Shown here piece after piece: positions 22,920-46,215 of a stretch of 64,000 nucleotides of DNA; the stretch's first letter is position 1; the number at the start of each line of letters is the position of its first letter. This DNA is from Macrostomum lignano (lineage: Eukaryota), in the NCBI GenBank assembly GCA_002269645.1, contig NIVC01001050.1:307683-371682 (forward strand). The letters are read 5' to 3'. The translations under genes were made by a program, and so were the position numbers. The notes below the pieces were generated by a model. The model saw nothing but the letters and a program-made list of their open reading frames with translations. It was not told the DNA's origin and made no database searches.

Positions 22920-23740
22920 GGGGGAGTAAATTGAGTGTCAGGGGGATTTAAATTGGGTGTCAGGGAGATTTAAGTTGGGTGTCAGGGGGATTTAAATTGG
23001 GTGTCAGGGAGATTTAAGTTGGGTGTCAGGGAGATTTAAGTTGGGTGTCAGGGAGATTTAAGTTGGGTGTCAGGGAGATTTAAGTTGGGTGTCAGGGAGA
23101 TTTAAGTTGGGTGTCAGGGGGATTTAAATTGGGTGTCAGGGAGATTTAAGTTGGGTGTCAGGGAGATTTAAGTTGGGTGTCAGGGCGGATTTTGTTTGGG
23201 TGTCAGGGAAATTTAAATTGGGTGTCAGGGGAGATTTAAATTTCGTGTCAGTTGGTTAGAATTGGGTGTCAGGGAGATTTAAGTTGGGTGTCAGGGAGAT
23301 TTAAGTTGGGTGTCAGGGCGGATTTTGTTTGGGTGTCAGGGGAGATTTAAATTTCGTGTCAGTTGGTTAGAATTGGGTGTCAGGGAGATTTAAATTGGGT
23401 GTCAGGGGAGATTTAAATTTCGTGTCAGTTGGTTAGAATTGGGTGTCAGGGGGATTTAAATTGGGTGTCAGGGAAATTTAAATTGGGTGTCAGGGAAATT
23501 TAAATTGGGTGTCAGGGAGATTTAAATTGGGTGTCAGGGAGATTTAAATTGGGTGTCAGGGGGATTTAAACTGGGTGTCAGGGAAATTTAAATTGGGTGT
23601 CAAGGAGATTTAAATTGGGTGTCAGGGGGATTTAAATTGGGTGTCAGGGAGATTTAAATTGGGTGTCAGGGAAGATTAAAGTTGGGTGTCAGGGGGACTT
23701 CAAATGGGGTGTCAGGGGCATTTAAACTCGGTGTCAGAGG
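22920..23740. repeat. 22 bp minisatellite (GGGTGTCAGGGAGATTTAAATT)
   Basis: About 36 tandem units. Confidence 0.96.
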
Positions 23741-24314
23741 AGCCAATCAGGATGCTTTAAAAAAATTTTCATTCTGCCTCTTTTAATTTTCTGACTGCAC
23801 AATCTGCTTTTGCAATTATTAAAAAAATGAGTGACATCTCTAGTACTAACAACTGCGAATAATCTCTACCCTGCCACTGATTCTGAAACCTTTTAAATCC
23901 TAAACCAATTTTCACTCGGATGCTTCTGTTGCACTTCTTTTACCGCGCAAAAAACAAATTATTGTAAAAGCGCTGATAATTTGATAAAACAAAAACAACT
24001 ATCTTTCGGCTTACTGGCTTAGTAACTCACCGTCGCTCCCTGATTTTGCTTATCTTCTTTTCTTTTGTGCGCGCGCGAATACCGCAGTGGGCTCTTGAGT
24101 CAGAGTCTTGAGCCAGTTTAGGCGTCATAAAACTTGTCCTAAAGCGTGACCCACCGCCCGATTCTTTAATTGACACGGCGGCTCATTTAGATTTCATGTG
24201 CGCCACCCCCTTAGCTTGTGCAGGCGGTGCATTTTATGGCCGCCGACTCCGCCCAGTCACTCTCTCATGCTGGCGCCGCGACTGCTGCCGTTCTGACCTG
24301 GCTGCTGTCAGTTC

Positions 24315-24318
24315 TATA

Positions 24319-24349
<31 letters not shown>

Positions 24350-24406
24350 GTCTGTATGTCTATCTATCTATCTATCTGTCTCTCTGTCTGTCTATCTATC
24401 TATCTA

Positions 24407-24437
<31 letters not shown>

Positions 24438-24494
24438 GTCTGTATGTCTATCTATCTATCTATCTGTCTCTCTGTCTGTCTATCTATCTATCTA

Positions 24495-24525
<31 letters not shown>

Positions 24526-24582
24526 GTCTGTATGTCTATCTATCTATCTATCTGTCTCTCTGTCTGTCTATCTATCTATCTA

Positions 24583-24613
<31 letters not shown>

Positions 24614-24670
24614 GTCTGTATGTCTATCTATCTATCTATCTGTCTCTCTGTCTGTCTATCTATCTATATA

Positions 24671-24737
<67 letters not shown>

Positions 24738-24830
24738 GTCTATCTGTCTATCTGTCTATCTGTCTATCTGTCTATCTGTCTATCTGTTTATCTATCTATC
24801 TGTTTATCTATCTATCTATCCATCTATCTG
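24315..24830. repeat. Compound (TCTA)n/(TCTG)n microsatellite
   Basis: Direct observation. Confidence 0.96.
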
Positions 24831-24887
24831 GGCAATACGAGAAAACCCCTCACACTATGGTGCATTGTCGGTCACGTTCGACTCTAA

Positions 24888-32668
<7,781 letters not shown>

Positions 32669-32899
32669 GAAAGCTTTTTATTGAATTGTTTTAGCTACCT
32701 GATTTCGGCGACTATAGAACCAAAAATGCTTTTTACGGTTTTCCTAGCACTAATTTGAGAGGTATTTTTCATCTTTTAGACACTCCAGTTTTATAGGAAT
32801 TGGTCACGGACAACTGGGACAACTGCAGTAGAAGGATGCCATACTCGATTTTCTTATAAATGATAAATGGGCTGTAAGGCCGCGGTTGCAGAGGCCGCA

Positions 32900-33300
32900 G
32901 AGAAGGAGAGGAAAGGAGAGGTGAGAAGGAGAGGAAAGGAGAGGTGAGAAGGAGAGGAAAAGAGAGGTGAGAAGGAGAGGAAAGGAGAGGTGAGAAGGAG
33001 AGGAAAGGAGAGGTGAGAAGGAGAGGAAAGGAGAGGTGAGAAGGAGAGGAAAGGAGATGTGAGAAGGAGAGGAAAGGAGAGGTGAGAAGGAGAGGAAAGG
33101 AGAGGTGAGAAGGAGAGGAAAGGAGATGTGAGAAGGAGAGGAAAGGAGAGGTGAGAAGGAGAGGAAAGGAGAGGTGAGAAGGAGAGGAAAGGAGAGGTGA
33201 GAAAGAGAGGAAAGGAGAGGTGAGAAGGAGAGGAAAGGAGAGGTGAGAAGGAGAGGAAAGGAGAGGTGAGAAGGTGAGAAGAGAAGAGAGAAATGAGAAG
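32900..33300. repeat. 23 bp purine minisatellite (GGAGAGGAAAGGAGAGGTGAGAA)
   Basis: About 16 tandem units. Confidence 0.95.
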
Positions 33301-35701
33301 AGAGAGGAGATTCAACTAGGGAGCAAAGAAGAGACAAAACCTTGAGCGGCCCGGATTGCCATTGTGACGTTTCAAAGGACACGAGGGCCGGATAGAGAGG
33401 CTCGTGGACCGGAGTTAGCCGACCCCTACTCCAGGGAGCATACTAAAAGCACTGGCGATACTACAAATATATGTTTCCTTACAGCCTTACAGCCCATTTC
33501 TAAGAAAGCCGTGCGCAGCGTCCTGCTACTGCAGCTCAAATATATTCATCAGTTAAGTGCTACAGAAAACAACTGGAAAGTATATTACTCGTGACGTGAT
33601 GATGGTTATTTTTAGTAACCGAAAACTGATCAATTGATACACAAATTTATTTAATAACAGTAAAAAGTACATCCAGGGAAGCGTTTACTTTATATATTTT
33701 TGTGTGTATAGCCAGTTCTGCTGTTTTGCCTATGAGCCATATTGGCTGCAACTGCAAGTACCCCACCGCCACTCCCATTATGTTGTCTGTTTCCGCTGCT
33801 CTCAAAACACGGAAGCTAGCTTAGTAATGCAATAACCTAACCAAGGACTCTTAAAATGATCACTAATTGGACTGGAAACCAATTGGCAGGAAGATTACAA
33901 GGGGAAGACACGGTTTGGATGACAGTCAAAATATTTTACGTCTGCATTGTGCCTCTTTAGTGTAAACTACTAAAAGCAGTGAGCAATAGCTCCAATCCAG
34001 TCCAGTCTATACCGAGAGTCGTTCTGGGAGTCCATGAATCCAACTGAGAGACGGGCTATAATTAGAAACGGCTATGGTTTTACGTATTTTTGCCTCATTC
34101 CAACCCCGCCTGTACTTTCTTGTGTTTTCCCTCGTTTCCCAATACAATCAAAAACATTGTCAAATTTAGCAAAACTTTGCCAAACAAAGAGGCTTCCCTA
34201 ACCATGGATGGAAGCGACACTGGCCAACGCCAAATTTTATGCCTGGTTTAGTAGTCTCTGCCACAGATAACTGAGATAACTTAATGGCGTTTTCTACTTT
34301 CAGTTCAGTAGCTAGAAAGAATACCTAAGCTATTTTATGAAAAAACGCTAGTTAAAAGGACTTGATAAGTTTAGAAGCCACGGCTTGCAGGCGTAAACAA
34401 CAATTGCAAGCCGTAATGTACATTTAGCCAACGCAAACTCAAATAATGTACATGGCTGGCAGTTTTAGGATTGGAACGCCCAGAGGAGGGCAATAAAAAT
34501 TGGGCGGCGGGTCGGGGTAGAGATTCTGAGAGGAAAGAGGCTCTGGGCGGGGTTTAGCTAGCTAGCGCAGTTAGGAGCCGGCGGAAGGGGGGGGTTTAAA
34601 AGCCAATTAATGAGCCTTGTCTTTAAAAAACATTAAAGTGCTTCTGTTTAACTTTCTACTGAACTGAAAGTAGTATACACGCAAATGTTGTGAAAGCGGA
34701 GAGATTCCGAAAGTGAAAAATTAAATAAGAAACTTTTCTGCATAAAGAAAAATATTATCTAAGCGTCTCTGACCCGATAGTAATATTAAAAAATGAACCG
34801 TACCTATTCCGGTAGCTAGCATATTTTTCCGGACAAAAGGAATTTTAAGGCCTCTTGCTGCTTTAAGTAGTCGTTTTGTTGGTTTTTTTGCTTGCCTCTA
34901 TAGTGCAATATAGCGACCCGGGGTTTAAAAGGGAGTTCATTGTGTGAGATGGGAGCTCAACAGCAGAGCAGTCACAGTTTGGGAGACAAAAGCTAGCTAT
35001 TCTAACGCAAACTGTGGAAATAGAGTCAGGCCTGAAAAAAGCTTATGAATAATTTCTGCCCACACCGGAAACCGATAGCGTCCTTAGCAACCATTCTTTC
35101 ACTAATCCAACCCAGCCGACATCAGAACCCCAGGCTTAGCATTAAGTCAGGCAAATTGTTCAAGACTGCGCGTAAACTGCTCCCAGTGTCTGGCATGCTC
35201 ATTTATGACTTACGATACTTAAGCATTAAAACAAATTAATTGCATGGAAACTCAATAAATTTTGCTTTATGTTTACATAAACTATGACTTTAAAAATTCT
35301 GACTGATAATAATTACAACATTGCTAACAATTTCAATTTATTTTTACCATTTAAGTGTTATAAAATATAGATTTTATGCCACAATTATTCGTCTTTACCG
35401 GCTTTGTAAATTTTCGCTTTTTCATTGAAAATCACGAACAACTATAATATAAAACAGTTTTTGATGCATTGGTGTTGATTTATCTACATTGACTTTGTTT
35501 ATTAGTCTCATTTGTTGCCGTCACCATTGTCTATAAATTCGCGATCGAAAAAAATAATATGCTATACAGCCTACTTACAGTAGCAAGTAATGAATTCCGT
35601 AGTGTAGTACGCAAGAATTTTAATTGGAAAGACCGACTAGTGAAGGGTGCGGATAATGCCTTCCTTCTGCATGCAAGATTGCATAGATAGATACATGTAG
35701 A

Positions 35702-36518
<817 letters not shown>

Positions 36519-37276
36519 CAGCACACACTGACAGCACTTTCCCATCACGCGCTTTGTTTGCGGCCTTCAGCCTGCAGTTGGCAGGCAAGCGGAAGCAGAT
36601 CGCACAAAGCAAATCTTCTTGCCGCCTCACACTCTCCGGCGCAGAAGCAGCAACAGCAATGCAAGCAGAGGATTTTCCTTTCCGCTCGGGCTCCGCTCCC
36701 GAAAGACACCACACGCAGAGAATGTACAACTCAATAGATTTCAAATCAACCCAGTCCACTTTCGATACATATCGGTCGTGTCTGTTTATTTCTTCTCACC
36801 ACTCTACTTATTAGAAGCATCTTTCTTCGCTGAAAAAGTTACACACAATAATCGGACTACAGACAAGCAGTCAAAGTGCCCCGGCTAGAAGGGTAGGCCC
36901 GGACAAGAGGGTCGAGCCAGATATGGCTTAAACTACAAATGGGAGGGGATGCGAGGTCTGAGGGCCTCCCCCTCAAGTCCCGTGCCGCATTCCGGAGAGG
37001 CCGGCGGCCATTCATAAATCTCGGGCCAAGCAGCTGCGCGGCCTGGCCGCCTATTGACCGATTTGGCCGCTCGCAGTCTTCGCGGGGAAATTCCTGCCAC
37101 AGCTTGTTCACCTGCATCGGCTGCAGCCCCCTCTTCCGGGCTCTTCCAGACTCTTTGGGATCTTTCCTTTCACTCCCTGCACCAGCACCTCCCCTCTGCG
37201 ATATCCGAGGCACAAATTAAATGCCCTGCAGGATTGCACTTGCGCTGTGCGAATGGGACTTTATCGCCTGATGTCT

Positions 37277-37627
<351 letters not shown>

Positions 37628-39144
37628 ATCGTTCCAGGTATTAACTAGTGATAAAATAAGCTTACGAGCGGACATTGTAAACGCTCTTCAGGAAACTTGT
37701 TGGCACTGCTAAACTGGAAGCTAACTAGGTTGGTAGCCGCAGATTAATAATGAATACTTGTCGGTTCTAGCTGGTCTGTGCAGTTCTGTGATTTTACTGT
37801 TGCCGCGATAGCTTGTAAAGTTGCGTACTTTGATGAAAAATTATGCGATGACGCTGTACCTGCGGGATAGGTGGAGATTGAGGTAAAAAGCGATATAGAA
37901 AAGTTGACACGTAAGCAGTAGATTGTGAGTCAGACCTGAAAAGACGGAAATCAAGAGACAGTCAATGCTTATGCGGAATGACAATTGTTGAGAAAGTAGA
38001 GGAGGAGCAGCAGCTTAAAAGTTCAACCGTTAAAAGTACATTTTCTGTAACTTAATTTGAAGGAGAAAGAAACTACCAGAGAAGGCAGAGAACCGACCCG
38101 CTACTGTTGCGAAAGCTTTTAAATGAAAGTATCAAATAACAGGCTTTCTTTTAAAGACGAATTTCTTTACAGAAAGGAAGCAAAGGGCAGGGAAAATCCA
38201 AGTCAAAGATCAAAAGACCTGCCTAAAATCGAAAATCAAACGCGACAGGGACATCGATTTTGAATTCGAAACCCGAAAACCTAAAAACATCAAAAACAGT
38301 TTTCCGGAAATTTTTCGCGAGAGTTTAGCTAATATTCTATGAGGTACATGTTTAGTATAGATGGACTAGCACTCGGCCCCCCTTAGGGGAAACCAAGAAT
38401 TTTTCGGAAGGGGTCCAGTCTTTTAGCACAAGGGGCGCACAAAATACTCTTGCCCCTGAGCCAAAAACTATAAAATAAACGAAAGCTGACAGAATGTCTG
38501 TCGCAGTCACAAAGACTGTTCGGTCACTGTCGGTTTCACCAGAGAGTCTGCAACCCACCCAAGCATGCGCTGTCTCACTGAGTCCCGCTAATCCACCCGA
38601 TGATCTGGTTAGTTAGACGCGGTAGGGGATCGCACAGAAGTTCAGAGAGTGCATGGGAAAACGATTTTCGAGAACAACTTTCACGCACTCTGGACGTGAA
38701 TCTGGGCGCTCCGCCCTCTCTGTCCCCCTCTCAGTGTCTGTCTGTCTCTCTGTGACATGAGGACCAATTTTCTCCGCAAGGCAGAGATCGAGGACTGCAA
38801 AGAGTGAGCTCTGGGTCCTTCCTTAATCTGGGAGTCGATGCCTGCTCAATAATTCAATAGTTTGCTCTTTCTATCTTACTGAAAAAATGTTCTCCGCTTC
38901 TTGCAAAGAGATTATCTCTTGCAACTGTATGTGTTTCCGCCGGCTGTGCTAACTTAAATGGGTTCTCTATGCTAACCGCCAACGGTCTTCTTCAAACCAA
39001 GAAGGCTTTTTCATAAATTCAAGTGAAGCAAAAAAGACAATTCTAAAACTGGATTGAAGAATAATATTAGTCATTTGAATAACTTCAAGGGTAGATATTT
39101 CTACCTCACTAATTGTGCGCCACTTAATATGCACTGAGCAGGTT

Positions 39145-41928
39145 CAAGGGAGCCGAGAGGCAGATTCAGGGACTGAGGGAGCCGAGAAGCAGATTCAGGG
39201 AGACTGAGGAGCGGAGAGGCAGATTCAGGGACTCAGGGAGGAGCGGAGAGGCAGATTGAATCACTGAGGGAGCAGAGAGGCAGATTCAATCACTGAGGGA
39301 GCAGTGAGGCAGATTCAATCACTGAGGGAGCAGTGAGGCAGATTCAATCACTGAGGGAGCAGTGAGGCAGATTCAATCACTGAGGGAGCAGTGAGGCAGA
39401 TTCAATCACTGAGGGAGCAGTGACGCAGATTCAATCACTGAGGGAGCGGAGAGGCAGATTCAATCACTGAGGGAGTGGAGAGGCAGATTCAATCACTGAG
39501 GGAGCAGAGAGGCAGATTCAATCACTGAGGGAGCAGTGAGGCAGATTCAATCACTGAGGGAGCAGTGAGGCAGATTCAATCACTGAGGGAGCGGAGAGGC
39601 AGATTCAATCACTGAGGGAGCAGTGAGGCAGATTCAATCACTGAGGGAGCAGTGAGGCAGATTCAATCACTGAGGGAGCGGAGAGGCAGATTCAATCACT
39701 GAGGGAGCAGTGAGGCAGATTCAATCACTGAGGGAGCAGTGAGGCAGATTCAATCACTGAGGGAGCAGTGAGGCAGATTCAATCACTGAGGGAGCAGAGA
39801 GGCAGATTCAATCACTGAGGGAGCAGTGAGGCAGATTCAATCACTGAGGGAGCAGTGAGGCAGATTCAATCACTGAGGGAGCGGAGAGGCAGATTCAATC
39901 ACTGAGGGAGCGGAGAGGCAGATTCAATCACTGAGGGAGCGGAGAGGCAGATTCAATCACTGAGGGAGCGGAGAGGCAGATTCAATCACTGAGGGAGCGG
40001 AGAGGCAGATTCAATCACTGAGGGAGCGGAGAGGCAGATTCAATCACTGAGGGAGCGGAGAGGCAGATTCAATCACTGAGGGAGCGGAGAGGCAGATTCA
40101 ATCACTGAGGGAGCAGAGAGGCAGATTCAATCACTGAGGGAGCAGAGAGGCAGATTCAATCACTGAGGGAGCAGTGAGGCAGATTCAATCACTGAGGGAG
40201 CGGAGAGGCAGATTCAATCACTGAGGGAGCGGAGAGGCAGATTCAATCACTGAGGGAGCAGTGAGGCAGATTCAATCACTGAGGGAGCGGAGAGGCAGAT
40301 TCAATCACTGAGGGAGCAGTGAGGCAGATTCAATCACTGAGGGAGCGGAGAGGCAGATTCAATCACTGAGGGAGCGGAGAGGCAGATTCAATCACTGAGG
40401 GAGCAGAGAAGCAGATTCAATCACTGAGGGAGCGGAGAGGCAGATTCAATCACTGAGGGAGCAGAGAGGCAGATTCAATCACTGAGGGAGCGGAGAGGCA
40501 GATTCAATCACTGAGGGAGCGGAGAGGCAGATTCAATCACTGAGGGAGCGGAGAGGCAGATTCAATCACTGAGGGAGCGGAGAGGCAGATTCAATCACTG
40601 AGGGAGCAGAGAGGCAGATTCAATCACTGAGGGAGCAGAGAGGCAGATTCAATCACTGAGGGAGCAGAGAGGCAGATTCAATCACTGAGGGAGCGGAGAG
40701 GCAGATTGAAGGGCTGAGGGAGCGGAGAGGCAGATTCAATCACTGAGGGAGCGGAGAGGCAGATTCAATCACTGAGGGAGCGGAGAGGCAGATTGAAGGG
40801 CTGAGGGAGCGGAGAGGCAGATTCAATCACTGAGGGAGCGGAGAGGCAGATTCAATCACTGAGGGAGCGGAGAGGCAGATTCAATCACTGAGGGAGCAGT
40901 GAGGCAGATTCAATCACTGAGGGAGCGGAGAGGCAGATTCAATCACTGAGGGAGCGGAGAGGCAGATTCAATCACTGAGGGAGCGGAGAGGCAGATTCAA
41001 TCACTGAGGGAGCAGAGAGGCAGATTCAATCACTGAGGGAGCGGAGAGGCAGATTCAATCACTGAGGGAGCAGAGAGGCAGATTCAATCACTGAGGGAGC
41101 GGAGAGGCAGATTCAATCACTGAGGGAGCGGAGAGGCAGATTCAATCACTGAGGGAGCGGAGAGGCAGATTGAAGGGCTGAGGGAGCGGAGAGGCAGATT
41201 CAATCACTGAGGGAGCGGAGAGGCAGATTCAATCACTGAGGGAGCGGAGAGGCAGATTGAAGGGCTGAGGGAGCGGAGAGGCAGATTCAATCACTGAGGG
41301 AGCGGAGAGGCAGATTCAATCACTGAGGGAGCAGAGAGGCAGATTCAATCACTGAGGGAGCAGTGAGGCAGATTCAATCACTGAGGGAGCGGAGAGGCAG
41401 ATTCAATCACTGAGGGAGCGGAGAGGCAGATTCAATCACTGAGGGAGCGGAGAGGCAGATTCAATCACTGAGGGAGCGGAGAGGCAGATTCAATCACTGA
41501 GGGAGCAGAGAGGCAGATTCAATCACTGAGGGAGCGGAGAGGCAGATTCAATCACTGAGGGAGCGGAGAGGCAGATTCAATCACTGAGGGAGCGGAGAGG
41601 CAGATTCAATCACTGAGGGAGCGGAGAGGCAGATTCAATCACTGAGGGAGCAGAGAGGCAGATTCAATCACTGAGGGAGCGGAGAGGCAGATTCAATCAC
41701 TGAGGGAGCGGAGAGGCAGATTCAATCACTGAGGGAGCGGAGAGGCAGATTCAATCACTGAGGGAGCGGAGAGGCAGATTCAATCACTGAGGGAGCGGAG
41801 AGGCAGATTCAATCACTGAGGGAGCGGAGAGGCAGATTCAATCACTGAGGGAGCGGAGAGGCAGATTCAATCACTGAGGGAGCGGAGAGGCAGATTCAAT
41901 CACTGAGGGAGCAGAGAGGCAGATTCAA
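39145..41928. repeat. 29 bp satellite (ACTGAGGGAGCGGAGAGGCAGATTCAATC), about 95 units
   Basis: Highly homogeneous tandem array. Confidence 0.98.
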
Positions 41929-42419
41929 ACGATGAAAAACATCTTAATTCAATTAATGCGAAAAAGCACATCGAATTCTAGAAAGTTCGGCCAAGATTTC
42001 TTGTCAGCTTATCAGCAGCTGGGTCTTTTCGTGGTTGGCTGTTGCACTTTTTTGCCGAAATTTCGGCTTTAGGCGTGCGGAATCCATTAGCATGGATTTT
42101 ATAGTAACTCTGTAGCTCGGAGGGAATCAGATTGGGCTGAGGCAGTTAGGAACCGCTCCGCATCACCCGCGTCTTGCGCAGTTAATTTCGACCCGAAGTG
42201 AAAGAAATTCCACATCGTACTTGGGGAAGAAAGCAAAGAATCATTTGGGGTTGAAGGCCCATGAAATAAACGACAGGGTTTATCTGGTGAAAGAAAAGTT
42301 TAAATGACCAGGGCTGCCCTCAGTAACCCGTTGGGGCTCTGAATAATCTAATTTTATGACCCAGCGACAAGGCTGGCTGGGGTTAGGCTGGGCTGAAACA
42401 GATGCTATGAGATACAGGC

Positions 42420-42420
42420 G

Positions 42421-42484
<64 letters not shown>

Positions 42485-42487
42485 CTA

Positions 42488-42520
<33 letters not shown>

Positions 42521-42527
42521 CACAGAC

Positions 42528-42568
<41 letters not shown>

Positions 42569-42631
42569 CTAAGACAGACAGACAGACAGACAGACAGACA
42601 CACAGACCGACAGACAGACAGACAGGCAGGC

Positions 42632-42666
<35 letters not shown>

Positions 42667-42691
42667 AAGACAGACAGACAGACAGACAGAA

Positions 42692-42748
<57 letters not shown>

Positions 42749-42825
42749 CACAGACAGACAGACAGACAGAAAGACAGACACAGACAGACACACAGACAGA
42801 CAGACAGACAGACACAGACAGACAC

Positions 42826-42872
<47 letters not shown>

Positions 42873-42967
42873 CACAGACAGACAGACACAGACAGACACA
42901 GGTCCAGACACACAGACAGACAGACACAGACAGACACACAGACAGACAGACAGACACAGACAGACAC

Positions 42968-43026
<59 letters not shown>

Positions 43027-43131
43027 CACAGACAGGCAGACAGACAGACAGACAGTCAGACAGAAAGACACAGACAGACACACAGACAGACACACAGACA
43101 GACAGACAGACAGTCAGACAGACACGCACAC

Positions 43132-43170
<39 letters not shown>

Positions 43171-43325
43171 CAGACAGACACACAGACAGACAGACAGACA
43201 CAGACAGACACACAGACAGACAGACAGTCAGACACAGACAGACACACAGACAGACAGACAGACACACAGACAGACAGACAGACACAGACAGACACACAGA
43301 CAGACAGACAGTCAGACACTAAGAC
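42420..43325. repeat. (GACA)n/(GACACA)n compound microsatellite
   Basis: Direct observation. Confidence 0.97.
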
Positions 43326-43928
43326 AGGCTATTAGAGACAGAGAACATTGCCTGTCGTACGACTGAAAAAATCATGCGACTGTCCAGCCATCGGATCAGA
43401 CATTCTGATGGCTGATTAGCCATAGACTGTCTAGGAAATTGGCTGTAGAAAAGAGACGGCACCTCCGTACTTTGCACCCTCACCCTGTCTGTTCCCCGGC
43501 TTAGCTCCTCTCTATGCTGTTAGTATAGAAAAAATCTAACTTCTGACACAAAACTGCGCGCCGTTTGTCGCTTTAGAATTTGGGCGAGAGTGGCTTGGCT
43601 CTTGCGCAGGAAGCTGCCGTCAGCTTCCTTCCCCCGCAGCCTCCTCTTCCTCATACAGCGTCAGCATTCAGAGAGCCCACAGCCGCGTTGCCCTCAGCAA
43701 GAGCCTTCTGCTATAAATAGCATCCCAGATGCGATTGGTCCAGGAAGTCTCAGTGGCCCATTCTGTCTCCTTCTCTCCCTCACTTCCACAACCTTTTTAG
43801 CATTGAAGAAAGGAAGAGCGTGGAACAATTTACTCCAAGGTCGTAATGCGCACATAGATCGACTGTCTTGATTGCGCAGAAAGCCTAGTTTATCGAGTCG
43901 GAGATCACCGATCGCATTCTTGCGCAAC

Positions 43929-44204
43929 ATGTACTCAGAAGTTACCAATCACAGTCAGCAATCGTTGCAACAGGATCCAGAGCTGCAGCAGCTGCAGCAG
44001 CCGCTCGATCAGCATCCAGTTGATCACGAGGCTGATGAAGAAGATCCCGATGCAGGAGCTCCAGCATCTGGGGAGAACAGACCAAGCTGCTGCTCAAACC
44101 AGGAAGATGCCGTGCTCATCTATCAGGCGAAATTTCGATTCGAGGATCAGCTGGGAAGGCAGACAAGAAGCGACTCGCTCAAAATGGAGGCAGCTGGCCA
44201 CAAG
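43929..44204 (+). CDS. Candidate first coding exon of the SLC9B gene (acidic/Q-rich N-terminus)
   Basis: ATG, 92 codons, donor AAG|GTGAGG in phase 0, in frame with the 47847 exon. Confidence 0.5.
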
Positions 44205-45164
44205 GTGAGGCCAAGAATCCTCCACGGTAGTAAATATTTACAGGAGGGTTGTGGACCATCGTCCCAAAGGGTTTGGCCTGCATGGGTATGAATCAGCATT
44301 ATTAGTCATTTAGAGACAAGTGTTCTACAAATTCGGCACAATGCTGTGATTCAAGTTGATATTCAAGCCGATCAAGTGTAGAGTCCCCATTCGCTGCAAC
44401 ACCAGCAACTGACGCAGAAGTGCACTCGTCCGTAGCTAATAAAGCCCGATTAAGTTGATAAAAATCAGTCAACTTGATAGTTCCATTAAAATCAGCACTA
44501 AGTATCATGAATGAAGCTCCACTTTATTGTCGATGGCTCAGTGCAGTTCTGAGCACAGAATATCGTGGTTCTGAAGCAGTGACTGGGGGATTTTCCGACT
44601 GACAGGCGGAACTATCAAATTGGAATAACAAAATAAAATATATATTTTTTTGTCTCTTTTTGGCGTCAAAATGAAGTTTGGAAAGGCTGCGAAATATTAG
44701 TTTATCAGCTCATAAATCAATCGGAGGCAAGGGAATGAGTAAACGTCAAATCCAAACAAAAATCACTTTTTTATGACAGAAAAAGGACAAACCGGAAGCA
44801 GTAGTGTCGAAAAGCTTTCAGTTTCTGCTGCTGAACAGCATTGATCGAAGAACAAAAATAGTCAAAGCAGTCTTCGAATGAGGCAATTCAAAAACAGTAA
44901 AAACTCAAATCATTCCACGTTTCCTGTCCTGGGAGGAGTTAAGTACGGGCTCCCGGATTGCGAGAGCTATCTATCGTGGCTTGCTCACTTCTCTTTTTTC
45001 AGCATCACGTTGATTTTCTCAATGTTAAAGGTATACGTAAAATCGATTTACGAGTCTTAAAGTTCGCTAACTCTTATGTTTGGAAAAAATAGACCCTATA
45101 GTTCACGTTGCATAGACATGTGCAATGCTTGCGCCTGGATTCCGATATACTCGTATATTGTTTT

Positions 45165-46215
45165 GCGTCATTGTACATTGGCTTGCGATTCTTATCACCG
45201 CTATCGCTTGGGTTTTGGAGGGGTGGCGGGTCAGTATGCAATAGCATGCGATTCTTATCACCGCTATCGCTTGGGTTTTGGAGGGGTGGCGGGTCAGTGT
45301 ACATTGGCTTGCGATTCTTATCATCGCTATCGCTTTGGTTTTGGAGGGGTGGCGGGTCAGTGTACAATTGCCTGCGATTCTTATCATCGCTATCGCTTGG
45401 GTTTTGGAGGGGTGGCGGGTCAGTGTACAATGGCCTGCGATTCTTATCATCGCTATCGCTTGGGTTTTGGAGGGGTGGCGGGTCAGTGTACATTGGCTTG
45501 CGATTCTTATCATCGCTATCGCTTTGGTTTTGGAGGGGTGGCGGGTCAGTGTACAATTGCCTGCGATTCTTATCATCGCTATCGCTTGGGTTTTGGAGGG
45601 GTGGCGGGTCAGTGTACAATGGCCTGCGATTCTTATCATCGCTATCGCTTGGGTTTTGGAGGGGTGGCGGGTCAGTGTACAATGGCCTGCGATTCTTATC
45701 ATCGCTATCGCTTGGGTTTTGGAGGGGTGGCAGGTCAGTGTACAATTGCCTGCGATTCTTATCATCGCTATCGCTTGGGTTTTGGAGGGGTGGCGGGTTA
45801 GTGTGCAATAGCCTGCGATTCTTATCACCGCTATCGATTGGGTTTTGGAGGGGTGGCGGGTCAGTGTACAATGGCCTGCGATTCTTATCATCGCTATCGC
45901 TTGGGTTTTGGAGGGGTGGCAGGTCAGTGTACAATGGCCTGCGATTCTTATCATCGCTATCTCTTGGGTTTTGGAGGGGTGGCGGGTCAGTGTACATTGG
46001 CTTGCGATTCTTATCACCGCTATCGCTTGGGTTTTGGAGGGGTGGCGGGTCAGTGTGCAATAGCCTGCGATTCTTATCACCGCTATCGCTTTGGTTTTGG
46101 AGGGGTGGCGGGTCAGTGTACATTGGCTTGCGATTCTTATCACCGCTATCGCTCGGGTTCTGGAGGGATGGCGGGTCAGTGTACAATGGCCTGCGATTCT
46201 TATCATCGCTATCTC
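45165..46215. repeat. 63 bp minisatellite, about 17 units
   Basis: The motif shifts 3 nt per 60-nt line; 21-aa periodicity in the ORF track. Confidence 0.96.
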
